A program made the position numbers and the translations under genes. The notes under the pieces are model-generated. The model was given only the letters and a program-made list of their open reading frames with translations. It had not been told where the DNA came from and ran no database searches. Below are positions 25,616 through 38,923 of a DNA stretch of 64,000 bases, piece after piece. The stretch comes from Camelus ferus (lineage: Eukaryota): NCBI RefSeq assembly GCF_009834535.1, contig NC_045697.1, positions 2,978,001 to 3,042,000 on the forward strand, given 5' to 3'. The stretch's first letter is position 1. Each line of letters opens with the position of its first letter.

Positions 25616-28324
25616 GACAGGTTCGTTTCTGGCCTCAGAGGACCCCTTTTATGGCTCGCACTCCGAGAGTAAGGGAGGTGTGGCCGACTCAGTGGTTTCC
25701 TTTCCCTGCCGAGCCCCCCCCTCCCCAAGTAAGAGGCTCATTTCAGGCTCAGTGAGGCTGCTGGCGACCCCATGGCCATCGCTCTGTGGGCTGAGCCCAT
25801 TTTGTGGCTGTGAGTGACTTTGTCCAAAGCCTCAGGACAGGAAGAGTCTTGGGACTTCAGGGACCCAAGCCCACCTCATAGGCACCTGTGGGTCTGAGCT
25901 AAATTGGCTGGAATCTAGAGGCCAAGCTCTTCTTGCTTAGCTAGAAATCCCTTCAGACTCACTGGCCTTTCGGTGGAGTTTATCCACCTGCAAATCCCCC
26001 CACCTCTCCCACATGGGGGTGGTTGGTCTTGGGGTCCTGACCAACCAGAAAAGGACCCAAGCATCAACACCCCCATTGTAGGCAGGGGGGGGCCCTGGAT
26101 TCCTTTCCCAAACTGAGGTATCTTGGAGAAAAGATTCCGCTGGGATAGTGAGCAGCTCCCAGGACAGTCTAGGTGAAGTGGGTCATTTGTCCCCGGGCCA
26201 GCGCTGATCATTAGGGGGACCCACAAGCAGACATGAGTCTCTAGCGGAGTCTCCAACTGGGGAGCCCAGAGCGTCACCTGAAAGTCAGAAACTCACTCAC
26301 CATTTTGGAGAGGTGACCTGACTTGTTCAAGGTCACACCATCAGTGGCCCAGGGGGATGATGGGTAAGTCCCCTCACCTGCTGAGCCTCGGTTTTCACAT
26401 CTGTAAAATAGGTACATATTCTCACAGGGTCATTGTGTGTGAGGGACACTCAGCGCATGGTGGCTGGGCACACAGGAGGCACTGGACGCGGGCCTTGAAG
26501 GATGAGTCAGGCTTCCACGGGTGGAGTGGGCAAGCACAGCACTCCCAGGAGAGGAGGCAGCGGGAGCCAGAGCTGGTGCTGGGACCTCAGAGGACAGCTT
26601 TGTGAGAGAGTCTGGGATCATGGGCCAGTGGGAGGTAAGTCAGGGAACCCGGTGGACACTGGGCTCAGAGGCTTGGTGGTGGCTCTGGGGACTGAGCTGT
26701 GTTCTGTGGGCTGTGGGGAGCCATGCAAGGTTACTGAGCCGGGAAGGGACCTGAGAGGAGGATGCAGCACATGCTTGGGCTCAAGGCCACCCTCCCAGAT
26801 CCTGCCACCTTGCCAACTTGGGAAGCTTGTCCTGGGGGCTCCATCGTCCTGGCTGTCCCCTTGCCATGAGCCCTGTGGACTTAAGGGAACACACTCCCAC
26901 TGGGTCAAAACGGAGAATTTCTCAGACACTTGAGGACTTGAGAAGCCAAATCAGATTAGACCCTGGGCTGGTGGGGGTGGGGGAGCGTCTAAGGGGTCTG
27001 CTCCAGCTTGTCCAGTAAGATAGGGGCCTGCCTAGGACTGCAGGATGTCTCCCAGCGGCCAGCTCCTGCTCAGGGCCTCTGGACATGAGCGTCAGGGTGT
27101 TTTTCTGGAACTGTGTGCCCACATCTCTGGAATCTATCTGGGACACCAGGTCGGTGTCCAAAGATGCTCTAGGCCCTGGGGCCCACGTGGCGAGTTCCTG
27201 CTGTGGCCTGGCTTAGTGTCCGGCATCCTGCCTGCACTGTCTGAGCCCCCCTACACCATGGAGCACTGCACAGCTGCGATGGGCGAGGCCCTGGGTGAAT
27301 GGCCACCCAGAGCTCTTGGCCCAGAGCCGGCAGAGCTGGCTTCCATTGCCCTCACTGGCTGGACATTAACAAGCCTCCTAGTTAAGGCAATCCATGGTGG
27401 CTCCTTTTCCTGGTCATGGCAGGGTGATCATGTCTGGCTATGGGGGGGTCTCTGGGTGAAGCAGGAATCTGGAGTTTTCCCCTCTTTGACTCCATGCGAG
27501 CTCTGCCCTTGTTCACTGGGGCTGGGGACAGCTGGCCTGCAGTCTGACCTGGCATCCTTCCCTGGGCTGAGCAGCTGTGCCCAGGCGCCTGGGGGACTTA
27601 GGTGAGCTATCCGCATGGGAACTGGCTGGGACAGCCCTGGTTGAATTTGGAGCAAGCAGGACCAGTTTCTGGAACCAGACTCAGGTTCCAGGGCAGAGAG
27701 CTCAGAGCTGCTGGGTCGTGCCTGCAGGGAGCAAAGTGATCACAGTGCAGGAGGAACGGTCTTCTGGAAGAGCAAGGGGAGGTGGGTGGAGCCCAGGTAG
27801 CCTGAGGATCCCCGGTGGGAGGCTGCAGTGGGCGGGGCGGCAGGGGGGGGCGACTGGTGGGTGGAGCCTTTGTGGGCGGATCCTGCTGTGGGTAGAGCTG
27901 CAGTGGGACACAGCCTGCAGCAGGTGGAGGCTGGGCATGGGCTGCACCTGCCTTGTGAGCAGGGGTGGAGCAGTGGGAGGGAGACTGACCCGGGGTTGAA
28001 TCCTAGCTCTGCCCCTCCTGGCTGTGTGGCTTTGGGCTCGTTAGTTTAACTACCTGAGCTCAGTTTATAGCTTTGCCAAGTGGGAATAAGTATGTCCACA
28101 TCCTAGGGTGGCTGTGAAGACTCCAGGCAAGGTCACACCAGATTTTGGGTGCTTCCTTTCCTGGATCAAAACTGCAGGTGCTTCCTGCTAGGACTTTGGC
28201 TATGGAGGCAGGGATTTTACTGTCTTTGGGTAGTTCTGGAGCAAACCTCAGGCAGGGCAGGTGCAGAGGTGGGAGGGAGGCCATGTACCTGGGGAAGGGG
28301 TGCTGGGGTGATGGTTGGGGTGGC

Positions 28325-28780
28325 ATTTGGGTTTTCTATGGCTGTGCAACAGACCACCCCAAACCTTCATGGCATCGAACAACCATTCTGTTACACTCAG
28401 GAGTCCTGAGGGTCAGAGATTCAGAAAGGGCACAGAGGGAGTGTTTACACATTTCCTTGTTCCCACAGTGTCACTGGTTTCAGCTGGGAAGACCTAAAGG
28501 CTGGGGTGACTCAGGGGCCCGGGGCCTGGAATCTCGGGAGGTATGTTTGCTCGCAGTGTCTGGGACGTATAGGGGAGTCTGGGCTTCCTCACAGCATGGT
28601 TGCTGGGTTCCAAAAATGAGCACCCTACGAAAGCCAGGCCAACGTCTGCGGCGTTATGACCTGGCCTGGAAGCCATACGGCGCTGCTTCCGTCGTACTCT
28701 GTCGGTCGGGGCAGTGGCAAAGGTCCACCCAGTTTCGAGGAGGGTCTCAGAACCCACTGCTTAGTGGGAGGAGTATCAGA
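28325..28780 (-). mobile_element. MaLR LTR (MLT1F/G-like)
   Basis: ctatggctgtgcaacagaccaccccaaacct..tcagctgggaagac..gggcttcctcacagcatgg..ttatgacctggcctggaag. Confidence 0.65.
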
Positions 28781-30849
28781 GGCAAACTGGAGAAGAGCCT
28801 GTGGGCAGGACTGGTGTTCAGCCGTCTTTGAAAGTATAGTCGCTCACCAGAGTTGTTCAGAAGCCCCTTTGAGGAGCTGAGAGGGATGAGTGCAGAGAAA
28901 GATTTCCAGAAGGTTTAGGGGACACGTGGGAGATGCTGAGGTGTGGGGAGTGCAGATGCTGTGGGGAGGGGGAGACAGATGCAGGCGAAAAGGTTGTGGT
29001 ATTCATCTGATCCGCTAAGCACCTACTAGGTGCCAGGCTCTGGGCTGGGGCTGGGGCTGTGCCTCCGAGGGTGAGCCAGGCAGGTGTGGAGCCTTCAGAG
29101 GAGACAGACATTCTTAGAAGACGCTCAGCACCGCAGGGTTAGCAGGGGAGGAGGTTCAGCTCAGCCACCCTCTTCTGCCGCCCCCGGCCAGCCCTGGGCC
29201 GGGCATGAGGACCACGGTGGGTCAGCACCCAGGAGGACCTGGTCTGGGGCCAACAGAAGTGCTGAGAGGTACTTGTGGACATTGGCCGGTTGGAAATATG
29301 AGGCACTTCGCTTAATCGATTCCCTCTACAGACGTGTGCGCTGAAGCCCTGAGCCCAGTTCTTAGACCTCAGACAGAGCAGAGCTCTTCGCTGGCCGTGA
29401 GGCAGGTCCAGGGCTCAGGCGCACACACTGGGCTCCCCAGGGGAACCAGAGGCCACACTTGCGGGGACTCGGAAGAGGGCTGGGTCACTTCCCAGGTGTC
29501 ATGGGAACAGCTTCACAGGGAGATGACATCCCAGTGGGGTCCTTGCCATTTGATCGTGTAATTAGTCAAACAGGCTGTGGGTGGGTCCCAGAATGAGTGT
29601 CCCTGTGCCTGGGGTTCAGGCATTCGGTGCGTGGGGTTTCCACATCTGTCCCCATCTCCGTGCCCTTAAGTGTGAGCTCCTCGGGGCAGGGACCTTGTCT
29701 GCCTCACCCTCAGCCCCTGCCAGTCAGAGCTTGGCAGGGAGTGGGTACCACTGCATCTTTACTGGGTGGAAGACAGGTGCTTGAAGAGTCACACAGGACT
29801 GGCTGGGCAGGGACAGCCTGAGACCCTCACAGCCGGCTGGATGGGTCAGACTGCTGACGACCTTGGTGGGAATGAGCCAGCTCCAGAGAGCCACTTCCTG
29901 GCTCCTGGTTATAATTAGCAGTCAACCCTTAAGTAGGTTAGGATGGGAATGCTCACGCGTGACTTGGCTTGATTTTCCAACACATAATGCTTGGGAGGGT
30001 GGCAAGAGAGGCCCGGGCCTTTTCCTGAACCAGACACGACCTGTACAGGGTGTCCTGAGGGCAGGGGAGATGGACCCCTAAGGCCCTTGTGCCATTAACT
30101 CCGTAATCTAGAAAGACAGTCTAAAGAAACATCTGCGCCAGAGGGCACGCTAGCTGTGGCCATGCGGAGTGTGGGAGCCGCCTCCTAGCCAGGCCTGGCT
30201 GAGCGCCCCTGCTGCAGGTCTCCTTCTCGACAGCCTCGCCCCTCCCCGCCCCCGAGTCGCAGGTCCCCCCTGAGACCCAGGAGGACGAAGCCAGTACCTG
30301 TTGGGAACCAACACCTGTCGGGCATTGTGCCCGAAGCTTCCTCCACTTCTCTGGATTCTAAACAATGCCTCCTCCAGATCACAGATGTGAGCGCTGAGGC
30401 TGCTTGGAGCTCAGTCAAGATCACACAGCTGCCCCTGGATGCGGGTCCAAACCTGGCCTTGCTGGCCGCTGTCCTGGCTCCTCCAGGCCCGTTCCTGGTA
30501 GCGGATCAGGACTGTGCCAGGACAGATTAGAGGGGAGGAGCCGCAGCGCCCACCAGGTCCCCCCACCGTGAACGTGAGCTCTGTGTTACTGTTACCAGTA
30601 ATCATTCTTTCATTCCCCACGGGCTGCCCGTGCTGGGACTTCATTATCCCAGGGGATTGAGTAGTCTCAGCCCCGCGGGATGATCCTTACCACTGGGCTT
30701 TCTGTTTCATGTAATTATCGCGGTTGGAGACTTGTTAAACCCAGTAGTTGTAGCCGGTCCTGAAATTGTAGAGAAACCAGCCTGCTGTGTCCAGGCTTAG
30801 GTTGGGCTGTGCTGGTTCACTCTCTCTCTCTCTCTGTTTCTCTCTCTCT

Positions 30850-31350
30850 TTTAAGTTTTTTTTTTTTAAATAGACTTTATTTCTTAGAGCAATTTTCAGT
30901 TTACAGAAAAATTAAACAGAAAGTAGAGTTCAAATACACCCCACCCCAGCTCCAGCTTCTCCTGTTAACATCTTGCATTTGTTATGATTGGCGAACCAAT
31001 GTTGATATGTTTTTATTAACTAACGTGCACAGTTTCCATCCGGGGCCACCCTTGGTGTTGTACATAATATGGGTTTGCACAAACGTATAATGCTGTGTAT
31101 CCACCATCATGGTATCATACGCAGTGGTTTCTCTGCCCTAAAAATGCCCTGTGTTCCGCCTCTCCACCCCTGCCCCCCGCAGTCCCTGACAACCACTGAT
31201 CTTTCACTGTCTCCATGATTTTACCGTTTTGATACTGTCATAGAGTTGGAATCACACAGCATGTAGCCGTTTCAGACTGGCTTCTGTCAGTAGCATGCAT
31301 CTGAGGTCCCTTCAGGTCTTTTCATGGCTTCATAGCTCATTCTTGATCGT
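30850..31350 (-). mobile_element. L1 3' end (L1MC-like)
   Basis: tttttaaatagactttatttcttagagcaattttcagtttacagaaaaatt..accactgatctttcactgtctccat..gttggaatcacacag. Confidence 0.85.
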
Positions 31351-34300
31351 TCTCTATATAGTGAGGTCTGGCCAGAACTGCCCCATCCTTGTCTAGGGAC
31401 CCGTTCCTGTCCTGTCTCGCTATGGGAGGGTCCTGGTCCCCTCTTACCATGGCCAAGTAGCACCTCTCCTGGCCCCAGTCCACTCGCTGGGCGGCAGCAG
31501 CAGTGACCACGGCACTTAGTCTGCTGGCTGCTGTGAGGAGCAGTCCCCCTTACGAAGCACTCGTGTATGTAGCTGACCTACAGGAAGGGGCTCTCCTCCC
31601 ACTAGGGCAGCTGCAGGAGGTCCAAGGGATACGTCCATCTTGAGGTGTAAAAAGGCCCGCACCTCAGATCCACAGGAGTCTCAGGCTGTGATGCCCGGGC
31701 CAAGCAGGCAGATGCGGGCTGGAGGGAACACCTGCACAGGCGTGGTACCTGGACTGACAGGTGTCCGTCCCCACTGTGCAGTGTCTACTTCCCACCACCA
31801 GAGGGCAGCACCCCACTCTCACCCCACCACCCAGAGGCCCCGGGAAGGGTCCTCTTATAACGCAGCTCTCCCCCAAAACCAAATATATTTCCAGGAAACC
31901 GGTGATGCCAGGCTGTGTGTTCTTGAAAATGACAGTGGCTATTGTATATCGCACACTTACGGTTTGCTGGACTCTGGGCTGCTTGCAGGGCCAGCGTCTC
32001 TGCGCGCGGCGCTAGCATCTCCTGGGGCGGGTGGTTTGAGCAGAGGGCGGACGGCTGCCCCCAGGGCTCTGACACGGATCCCGGGCGTGGGCGGCTGGCT
32101 GGTTCCCTCTTCCTGGGTTTGAGCCAGATTCCACAGGTGGAAAACCTTGCCTGTCTCTTCATAGACAGATGAGGCGCAGGGTCCATTGTGCCTCACAGAT
32201 GAGAGGGTAACAGTGTTGATCTTGGTCCCTCCACCCCCCGAAATCTTGGTGTAGCCTCAGATGTGGATGGGGTGACTTGGGAGGCCCGGGCAGCCTGGGG
32301 GTGCACAGCTATGAGCTGGCACTGTCTGAGGTTTCAAACCACAAGCCCAGTGCTCGTTCTGCATGGGGAGTCCTGAATTCACGCCCAGGACACCCTCCAT
32401 CTCTGTCCCCTCCCACCGATTTCATTAAGTCATGGATGAGGCGGTTTCTGTGATTATTATATAGAAAAAAGAGCGAGGGGCTTGCCTGCTGTTGACACTT
32501 CACCCAGAATGGAAGTAACCCCGCAGCGCTCAGGACGGCAGGCAGAGCTCTGGGGCCCTCGCCGGACTCTGCACGGTCCAGTTTGCTGTTTGGTTTCCTG
32601 GCACCTCTGGAAATGCAAGCCAGGCATTGGCGCAGAGCCTGGGGTGCCCACAGCAACTCCGAATTCTTCTTCGCGCCTCCTTTCCTGCACCTGCTTCTCT
32701 AGGCAGTGTGGCTTTTGTCCCCAGGCACCTGCTATCCTTGGGGTCTTCAGAGCCTCCTCCTGGAAGGCCTGACGTCCTCAGCGTGGCCTAGGCCCTCCTT
32801 TGTGCTGCCCACGGTCCAACTCCCCACCACAGGCAGGACCGCAGAGGAGGGAGCCCTGCTCTGCAGATCAGGGGCTGCCGGGACTCGGGGGTCTGGGGTC
32901 CTGGGGTGCAGGCTGGACACTGGGTGGAGAAATGCCCTCCCCTGTCTGACATCCACCTCCTCTGTTTTCACGTGGGTGAAGGGACCTCCAGGCCTGATGC
33001 TCGGTCAGTGCTGGTGTCAGCAGCTGTGCATGTGTGTGTCTGTGTGTGCGTAGGCTGTGTGTGTACGTGTGTGTATCTGTGTGTGTGTGTGAATACATTT
33101 AACCCTCCAATGAATCAGGGTGTGTCTGGAGCATCCTAGGTGGTGGGTGTTTTCGGGGCCCGCACCCCCTCCCCTGGGCCCAGGTGTGGCTCCAGCCAGA
33201 TGGGCAGCTCACCTGCACCAGCAGACTTCCCACCTCAGGCGCCCGCAGCTCCCCGGCTTCTGAGCTTGGTCCTCTGCGAAAACCTGGAAGGCATTCAGCC
33301 CAGACGCCGGGCAGCCCAGACAAGGGAGATGGGTGTTCTGCCTCTGCGGGACCCTCACCCCGGGGCACAGGGGCAGGATCAGCACCGCTGCCTCCTCGCT
33401 TCTGAGGGGCGATCTGAGGCACATTCTGTGTGACGCCCGGGAGGGTATCCGAGGGGGTGACTTGCTCGACCCCACACCATTCTTGCTGTCTTCTTCCTGC
33501 CTCACCCTCCTGTCCCCACTCCCTCCTGCCACCTGGGGTCCCTCAGAGACACCCCATCCTTGCCTCAGCCTCAGGTCAGGGGACCCCAGACCAAGATGGG
33601 AGGGTTGCATTAGAAGATGTGCATCTAAGCAGAGACCCCCACTCAGAAAGCAAAGTGTCTGCTTGGAGCTGGGCAGGCAGGGGGTCGGCCACCGTCACTG
33701 CGCTTGGCAAAGACACAGAGGCAGGCAGAGGAGTGGGGAGCTTCCCAGGGGAGAGGAGGGGGCTCAGGGTGCCTGAAGGGGGCTGGGGGCCTAGGGGGGC
33801 CTGGTACAGCTACCACAAGTGGGGCGTCCCAGGTGACTGGTCAGGGAGCGGGTTGGACCTCATCGGGCTGGTTCTGGGTGGGAAGTGGATCCCTGCTGCT
33901 GGGGTCCCTGCATGGACCGTGCTCTCTGCCAGGCAGTCCTCTCGCCAGCCTGTAGCCCCTCCTGACTCGAGCTCTGGTCCCCAGCCCCTGGGCATCCCCC
34001 GACCACAGCTCTGCCACTTGATGTGTGGCGGACGCTCGCCTGGCTGTCGCCATCTCGGGGCTGGAGCTCCGCACGAGCAGACCCGCCCGGGCCCCGCGTC
34101 CTGCATGGCGGCCCCTGTGGAGCTTTTAGAGGACATGAATGAGGAGTGGGTGGTCCTGCCCAGGCCCCAGGAGCCCCGCCGTCAGGCCCTTTGACTGCCC
34201 GCCCTGACCATCCCTCAGGGTTTTCCAGCGCCTCCTTAACCATCCTAGGTTGTGGCTGGCTTTAGGAGGGCCAGTGACAATATTCAGGTTGATGTCCCCA

Positions 34301-34664
34301 AGGCACAGAGGGGATTCAAAGCAAGTTCACAGGAGGACTGCGGTTATTGTATTTACAGAGGGAAGACCTGGGTCCTGGATGCAGAAGGACTGAGCTCACG
34401 GGGGTGCCTTGCTTCCAAGGCCCTGGAGGGTCAAGGTGGTGCCGGTCCAGGTTGCAGGGGGATCGGCTGCCCTTTGGGGGGTGTGCACACAGAGGTGGGG
34501 GTCAGGACCGCCATTGGGGGTCTCACACCACCCCGCCTCTGCTGGTCCCCCGATGCCCTCTGGGCTGTCCTGGCGGGAGTGTGGCCCTGAGTCCCCGCAC
34601 CACTGCTGGTTTGCTCATCTGTGCCCGGCACGTTCCATGTTTAACTCACTCCTTTTCCCTGCAG

Positions 34665-34808
34665 TGTCGGAGCCCCAGGCCGCTCACGGGCCCCTGGAGA
34701 AGCCGCCCAGCACGGCGATCCTGTGTAACACGTGCGGAAACGTGTGCAAGGGGGAGGTGCTGCGCGTGCAGAACAAGTACTTCCACCTGCAGTGCTTCGT
34801 CTGCAAAG
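34665..34808 (+). CDS. ABLIM2: ABLIM2 coding exon 2 (144 nt, phase 1/1): N-terminus and first part of LIM1
   Basis: Acceptor ccttttccctgcag|TG and donor AAAG|gtgagc. Translates (V)SEPQAAHGPLEKPPSTAILCNTCGNVCKGEVLRVQNKYFHLQCFVCK, with CxxC...HxxCxxC. Confidence 0.96.
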
Positions 34809-36049
34809 GTGAGCACCCCGGCCCCTGCCCACAGCCCGCCTGCCCCCCAGCTGAGATCTGGCCCCCACAGTGTCTCTGGAAATGCCTTAGATCTGGGGGG
34901 CTGGAAAAACAGATCCCAAAGCCTTATACAACAGCGTGATGTTTTCAGTGTGGCTGCGTCCCTTGTGGAAGTGGTGGGGGCCTCCGCCCAGTGGGGCAAG
35001 TCAGAGGACAAGGTCCCAGGGAGTGTCCTCCGAAGGCTGCAGCAGTGTCTGAGGACTCAAGTCCAGCTGGGCCCCAAAGGCACACGGTTAAAGGCCAGCC
35101 TTGCTGGTGGCATGAACTCAGCGCCTCGGGGTGCACAGGACCTAAACTGGGCCATGAATACTCGGGTGCCCCCGCCCTCCCAGAGTAGGACCAAGAGCAT
35201 TACCATTCGTTCCAAATGAAAACTGGCTTTTTCTCTGATTATAAAAAGTAATGTAAATAATACACTAAATTCAAACAATACTAAAAAGATAAGAAGAAAG
35301 TAAAACAAAATCAATCATGTGAAGTCCACCTCTGCGGGCAGCCGTGGCTGTGAGTGTCCTCCCAGCCTGCCCGTCCTCCCTGGGCTCAAGTCCACGCAGA
35401 TTCCTTTGTGCACAGCTGGGTTTTGTGTATTTGCATTTAGTTTCCTGAAAATATATGAAAAGTAGTACTTAGGGGACTGGGATGGGCAAACCAAGCCGAT
35501 GTGACACAGTAACCAAACCCAAAGGGCTGCAGATTTAAAGGAATTCTGTTAGTGGCCTTACAAACCCCACCCACCTTACATCTGGGCAGCGAGCGGTGTC
35601 ATCACAGGTGGCTTCCCTGTGGGTTTGACTTGGCTGTTCAGAGATCACAGAGGTTCACATACGAGTCTGGTTGGGTCCCAGGGGCAGTGAGGGTCTGCTT
35701 TTTATAGGCAAAATTGGGAAATACACCACGTGTAGGTAATCGAGCACCACAGGTTTTAGCAACCCTGTGGGGCCCCATTAAACTTCCTGAGTCCCCTGAG
35801 CCCACAAAGGGTCTCATGAGGCCCCACTGTGTGCCAGGCCCAGCTTTGGGAAGTACTGAATACAGAGGCAGTAGATTTACCTTTGACTGGTGAGGTTTGG
35901 TGAGGAGACAAATCTACCAGCATGGGTGGAAAAGTCGGCTGTTAGTGGTAGAAACCAAGTGCTGGGAGGGGCCCACAGGGAAGGGTGGGAGCTTCCAGAG
36001 AGGGCATCACAGAGGAGGTCAGCTCTAATTTCAGCCAAAGAAAGGCTAG

Positions 36050-36350
36050 GAGAGAATGGATAAGGAAGATGTGGTGTACATGTATAGTGGAATATTACTC
36101 GGCCACGAAAAAGAATGAAATAATGCCATTTGCAGCAATGTGGATGGACCTAGAGACAATCATACTAAGTAGAGTGTGTCAGACAGAGAAAGACAAATAG
36201 CATGTGATATCACTTATAAGTAGAATCTAAAATATGACACAAATGAACTTACAAAACAGAAACAGACTCACAGGCATAGAAAACAAACTCACAGTTACCA
36301 AAGGGGGAGGTGGGGAGGGATAAATAAGGAGTTTGGGGTTAGCAGATACG
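36050..36350 (+). mobile_element. Younger artiodactyl/camelid L1, ORF2 end and 3' UTR fragment
   Basis: WIRKMWCTCIVEYYSATKKNEIMPFAAMWMDLETIILS (L1 ORF2 C-terminus), then aaaacagaaacagactcacaggcatagaaaacaaact. Confidence 0.9.
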
Positions 36351-37359
36351 AGCACTGACAATGAGCCCGCTGCGATGCCCGGCCTGGGGACCCCAGGGGT
36401 GGGGGTGGGGTGGGATTGCTGGGACCCCGGTGGGAGGTGGGTGTGGAAATGGCGTGTTCTCAGCATTTCCAGAAACAAGAGCACTGGCCCCGTCCTCACC
36501 CCTGACGTGGAGCCCCAACATGGGGCTCCAGGACCCCCGGTCTGCATCGGCACTGGGGGACCTTTCCTGGGGCGAGGTGACCCGACACCCCGCTCGGCCC
36601 TGCTGGACCCTCTTTTGCTCATCAGGACTTCCCAGGCTTCGCGGGACCTGTCTGGTCTCATTTCCTCTCCTCCCCAGACAGATACGCTTGCTGTGTTTCT
36701 GAAAAACCAAATCCATTAGACTGCTCTTTTTAAAACCTGATTTTAAAAGACAAAGTGGAAGCGCCACTGTGTTTAACAGGATTGTCTGGCAGCACAGATC
36801 TTAGGAACTCAGTGAAAGGCATTAGACGCCCAGAATCCAGTCCATCGCCTGGCTTGACGCACGGGGTTTTGTGGAGGTCGGGAGGCCCAGATGGTCCTCG
36901 TCCTTAGCTTCAGCCTCTGAGTAGACGTGGGATGGCGGCCACCGCTTCCTCAGCAGCCTGGGTGGGGAAACGAGACAGCGTGGGGTGGGCAGGGCTGACC
37001 AGCCCTGGGCCTCACCCTCCGTTCTCGGCGGCTGCCCGAGGCGGTTGCCGCAGTAGTGGTGGAGGTGGCAGGGGTCGGTGGGCCTGCAGGCTCAGTTCCA
37101 AGTCCCCCCACTCACCCTGCCGCCCCCATGCGGCCGTGGAGTCTCACCCTGTGCCAGGTGCAGCCTGCAGACACAGCGGGGCCTGCCCTCAGTGGGTGGC
37201 ATCTCTGCTCCCCCCACTGAAGGACGACAGGGACAGCTAAGACTCCTCCCTAAAAGAAAGCTAAGCTTCAGAAACACTGTGTTTCTTAAAGCATGAGGAC
37301 TGCGTCGTCTTAGCCTGACTTTTATCCAGGCTCTCATGAAAAATGGAAAGTCTGTGAAT

Positions 37360-37850
37360 CACTGAGGGTGCTTTTGGCTGAATGAAAAAGAAGACCCAGC
37401 ATATAGTGTGTTCAATTACATGAATATATATCTTCTTAGCATGATGTCTGGAGGTAGCCTCCTCACCTCCAGAGCCAGTTAATTTAACAGCTCAACAAGG
37501 TCATCGAAGACTCAAGTTACTTTGCCACTGTACCCCCAGCCGCCCCCCCATCTTGTGCATGTCAACAGTGCCTCTCCTCATGGTCTCAATATGGCTGCCA
37601 AAGCTCCAAACATTGCATCCTCACAGGTTAATACTCAACCCTGGGGAAGGGTTTAGGCAGGGATGGGCACAGGCAAAGGGACCCTCCCCTCACGTGGTCA
37701 CCCCAGTTGGGTAATCAGGGTAACTTCCCTTCCATCAGGGAGGAGAACCTTTTCCCTGAAGGCCCCCACACACTTCCTGTATGACTCACTGGTCGGAATG
37801 GGGTCACACATTCACTCCTACCAGCAAAGAGGGATGGGAGGATGTGACTG
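37360..37850 (-). mobile_element. Old MaLR LTR (MLT1J/K-like)
   Basis: cagctcaacaaggtcatc..atggctgccaaagctccaaacattgcatcctcaca..tcactggtcggaatggggtcaca. Confidence 0.55.
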
Positions 37851-38029
37851 ACACCAGCCGTGTTCGTCCCTAGATGCGTGTGTTGCTAGTCCAGCAGAGC
37901 AGGGTCTGCTAGCACAGAAGACAGTTGTGTCTAATTCTGATCTGGTGTTTTGGGTTCCCGCATCCAGGCACTTGTTTGCCATGCCTCTATTCACCTAACC
38001 TGAAAATCTATGAAAGAGATCACGTAAGT

Positions 38030-38560
38030 TTCCATTCAACAGCCACATTAGGCCCCTACCCTGTGCCAAGCAGTGTTCTGGGTGCTTGGGAGGCATCCGT
38101 GAACAAAACAGACATCCTTGTCCCCCTGGAGACCGTGTTCTCATGCAGGGAGACAGATGATAAACACTAGGGAGAATAAATAAGCAAGTTTTCTTCTCTG
38201 CTAACAGTGATGTGCTAGAAAATGGAAGAAAAGGAGCAAGATGAAGAGGGGGTTGGGAGTGCCGGGCAGTCACGATTTTAAAATGGATAATCAGGGCAGG
38301 CTTCACGGAGGAGGTGAAGACTTGAAGGAGGTGAGGGAAGAGCGTCACAGCCAGAGAGAACAGCCAGTGCAGTGACACTGAAGCAGGGAAGTGTGCCTGG
38401 CAGGTTCTGGGACAGTAGGAGGTCCGTGTGTCTAGAGCAGAATAGGGGGGGCATTGGGAGGGGGGTCCCTGTGAGGATCTGGACTCTGACACCAAGGGAG
38501 AAGGGACACAGGAGAGTCCTGTCTGTTGTAGTCTCATGGACCCCTGCGTGCTGTGCTGCT
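38030..38560 (-). mobile_element. L2 LINE 3' fragment
   Basis: cattcaac..cctaccctgtgccaagcagtgttctgggtgcttggga..gtgaacaaaacagac..cagggagacagatgataaac..cagggcaggcttcacggaggaggtga. Confidence 0.75.
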
Positions 38561-38736
38561 GCGGGGAGGCCCAGGCAGGGTGGGGAGAGGGGCTCGGAGC
38601 CGTGGCCAGGACGATGGCAGACCTGGACAAGAGTGTGAGGGTCTGTTCCTGGACTGTCTTTTTTTTTGGAATGAAGGGTCATTTTATTTTATTCTACACG
38701 TATTTTTAAATTTTTTTGCAATAAGCTTGCATTAAC

Positions 38737-38923
38737 TTTTTTGTGTATATATATTTTATTGAAGTACAGTCAGTTTGCAACATTGTGTCAACTTCTGGTG
38801 CACAGCACCGTGCTTCAGTCATACGTGAACGACCATGTGTTCGTTTTCATACTCTTTCTCACCATAAGTTACTACAAGATATTGAATATAGTGCCCTGTG
38901 CTGTACAGTATGAACTTGTTGTT
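38737..38923 (-). mobile_element. Camelid-type L1 extreme 3' end (5'-truncated)
   Basis: ttttattgaagtacagtcagttt..ttctggtgcacagca..gttactacaagatattgaatatagtgccctgtgctgtacagta. Confidence 0.85.

Noticed and set aside
28886..28895. ATGAGTGCAG, which would encode the expected ABLIM2 start (M-S-A plus a phase-1 G)
   Set aside because: Followed by AGAAAG rather than a GT donor, and not in a CpG island or promoter context. A chance match; the real exon 1 is probably upstream of the window.
1..34600. Hundreds of 60-290 aa ORFs, and a possible nested gene or novel system in intron 1
   Set aside because: Expected by chance in GC-rich DNA (Pro/Gly/Ala/Arg-rich, often non-ATG starts) or overlapping LTR/L1 relics. 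I could not recognise any domain or consistent exon chain.
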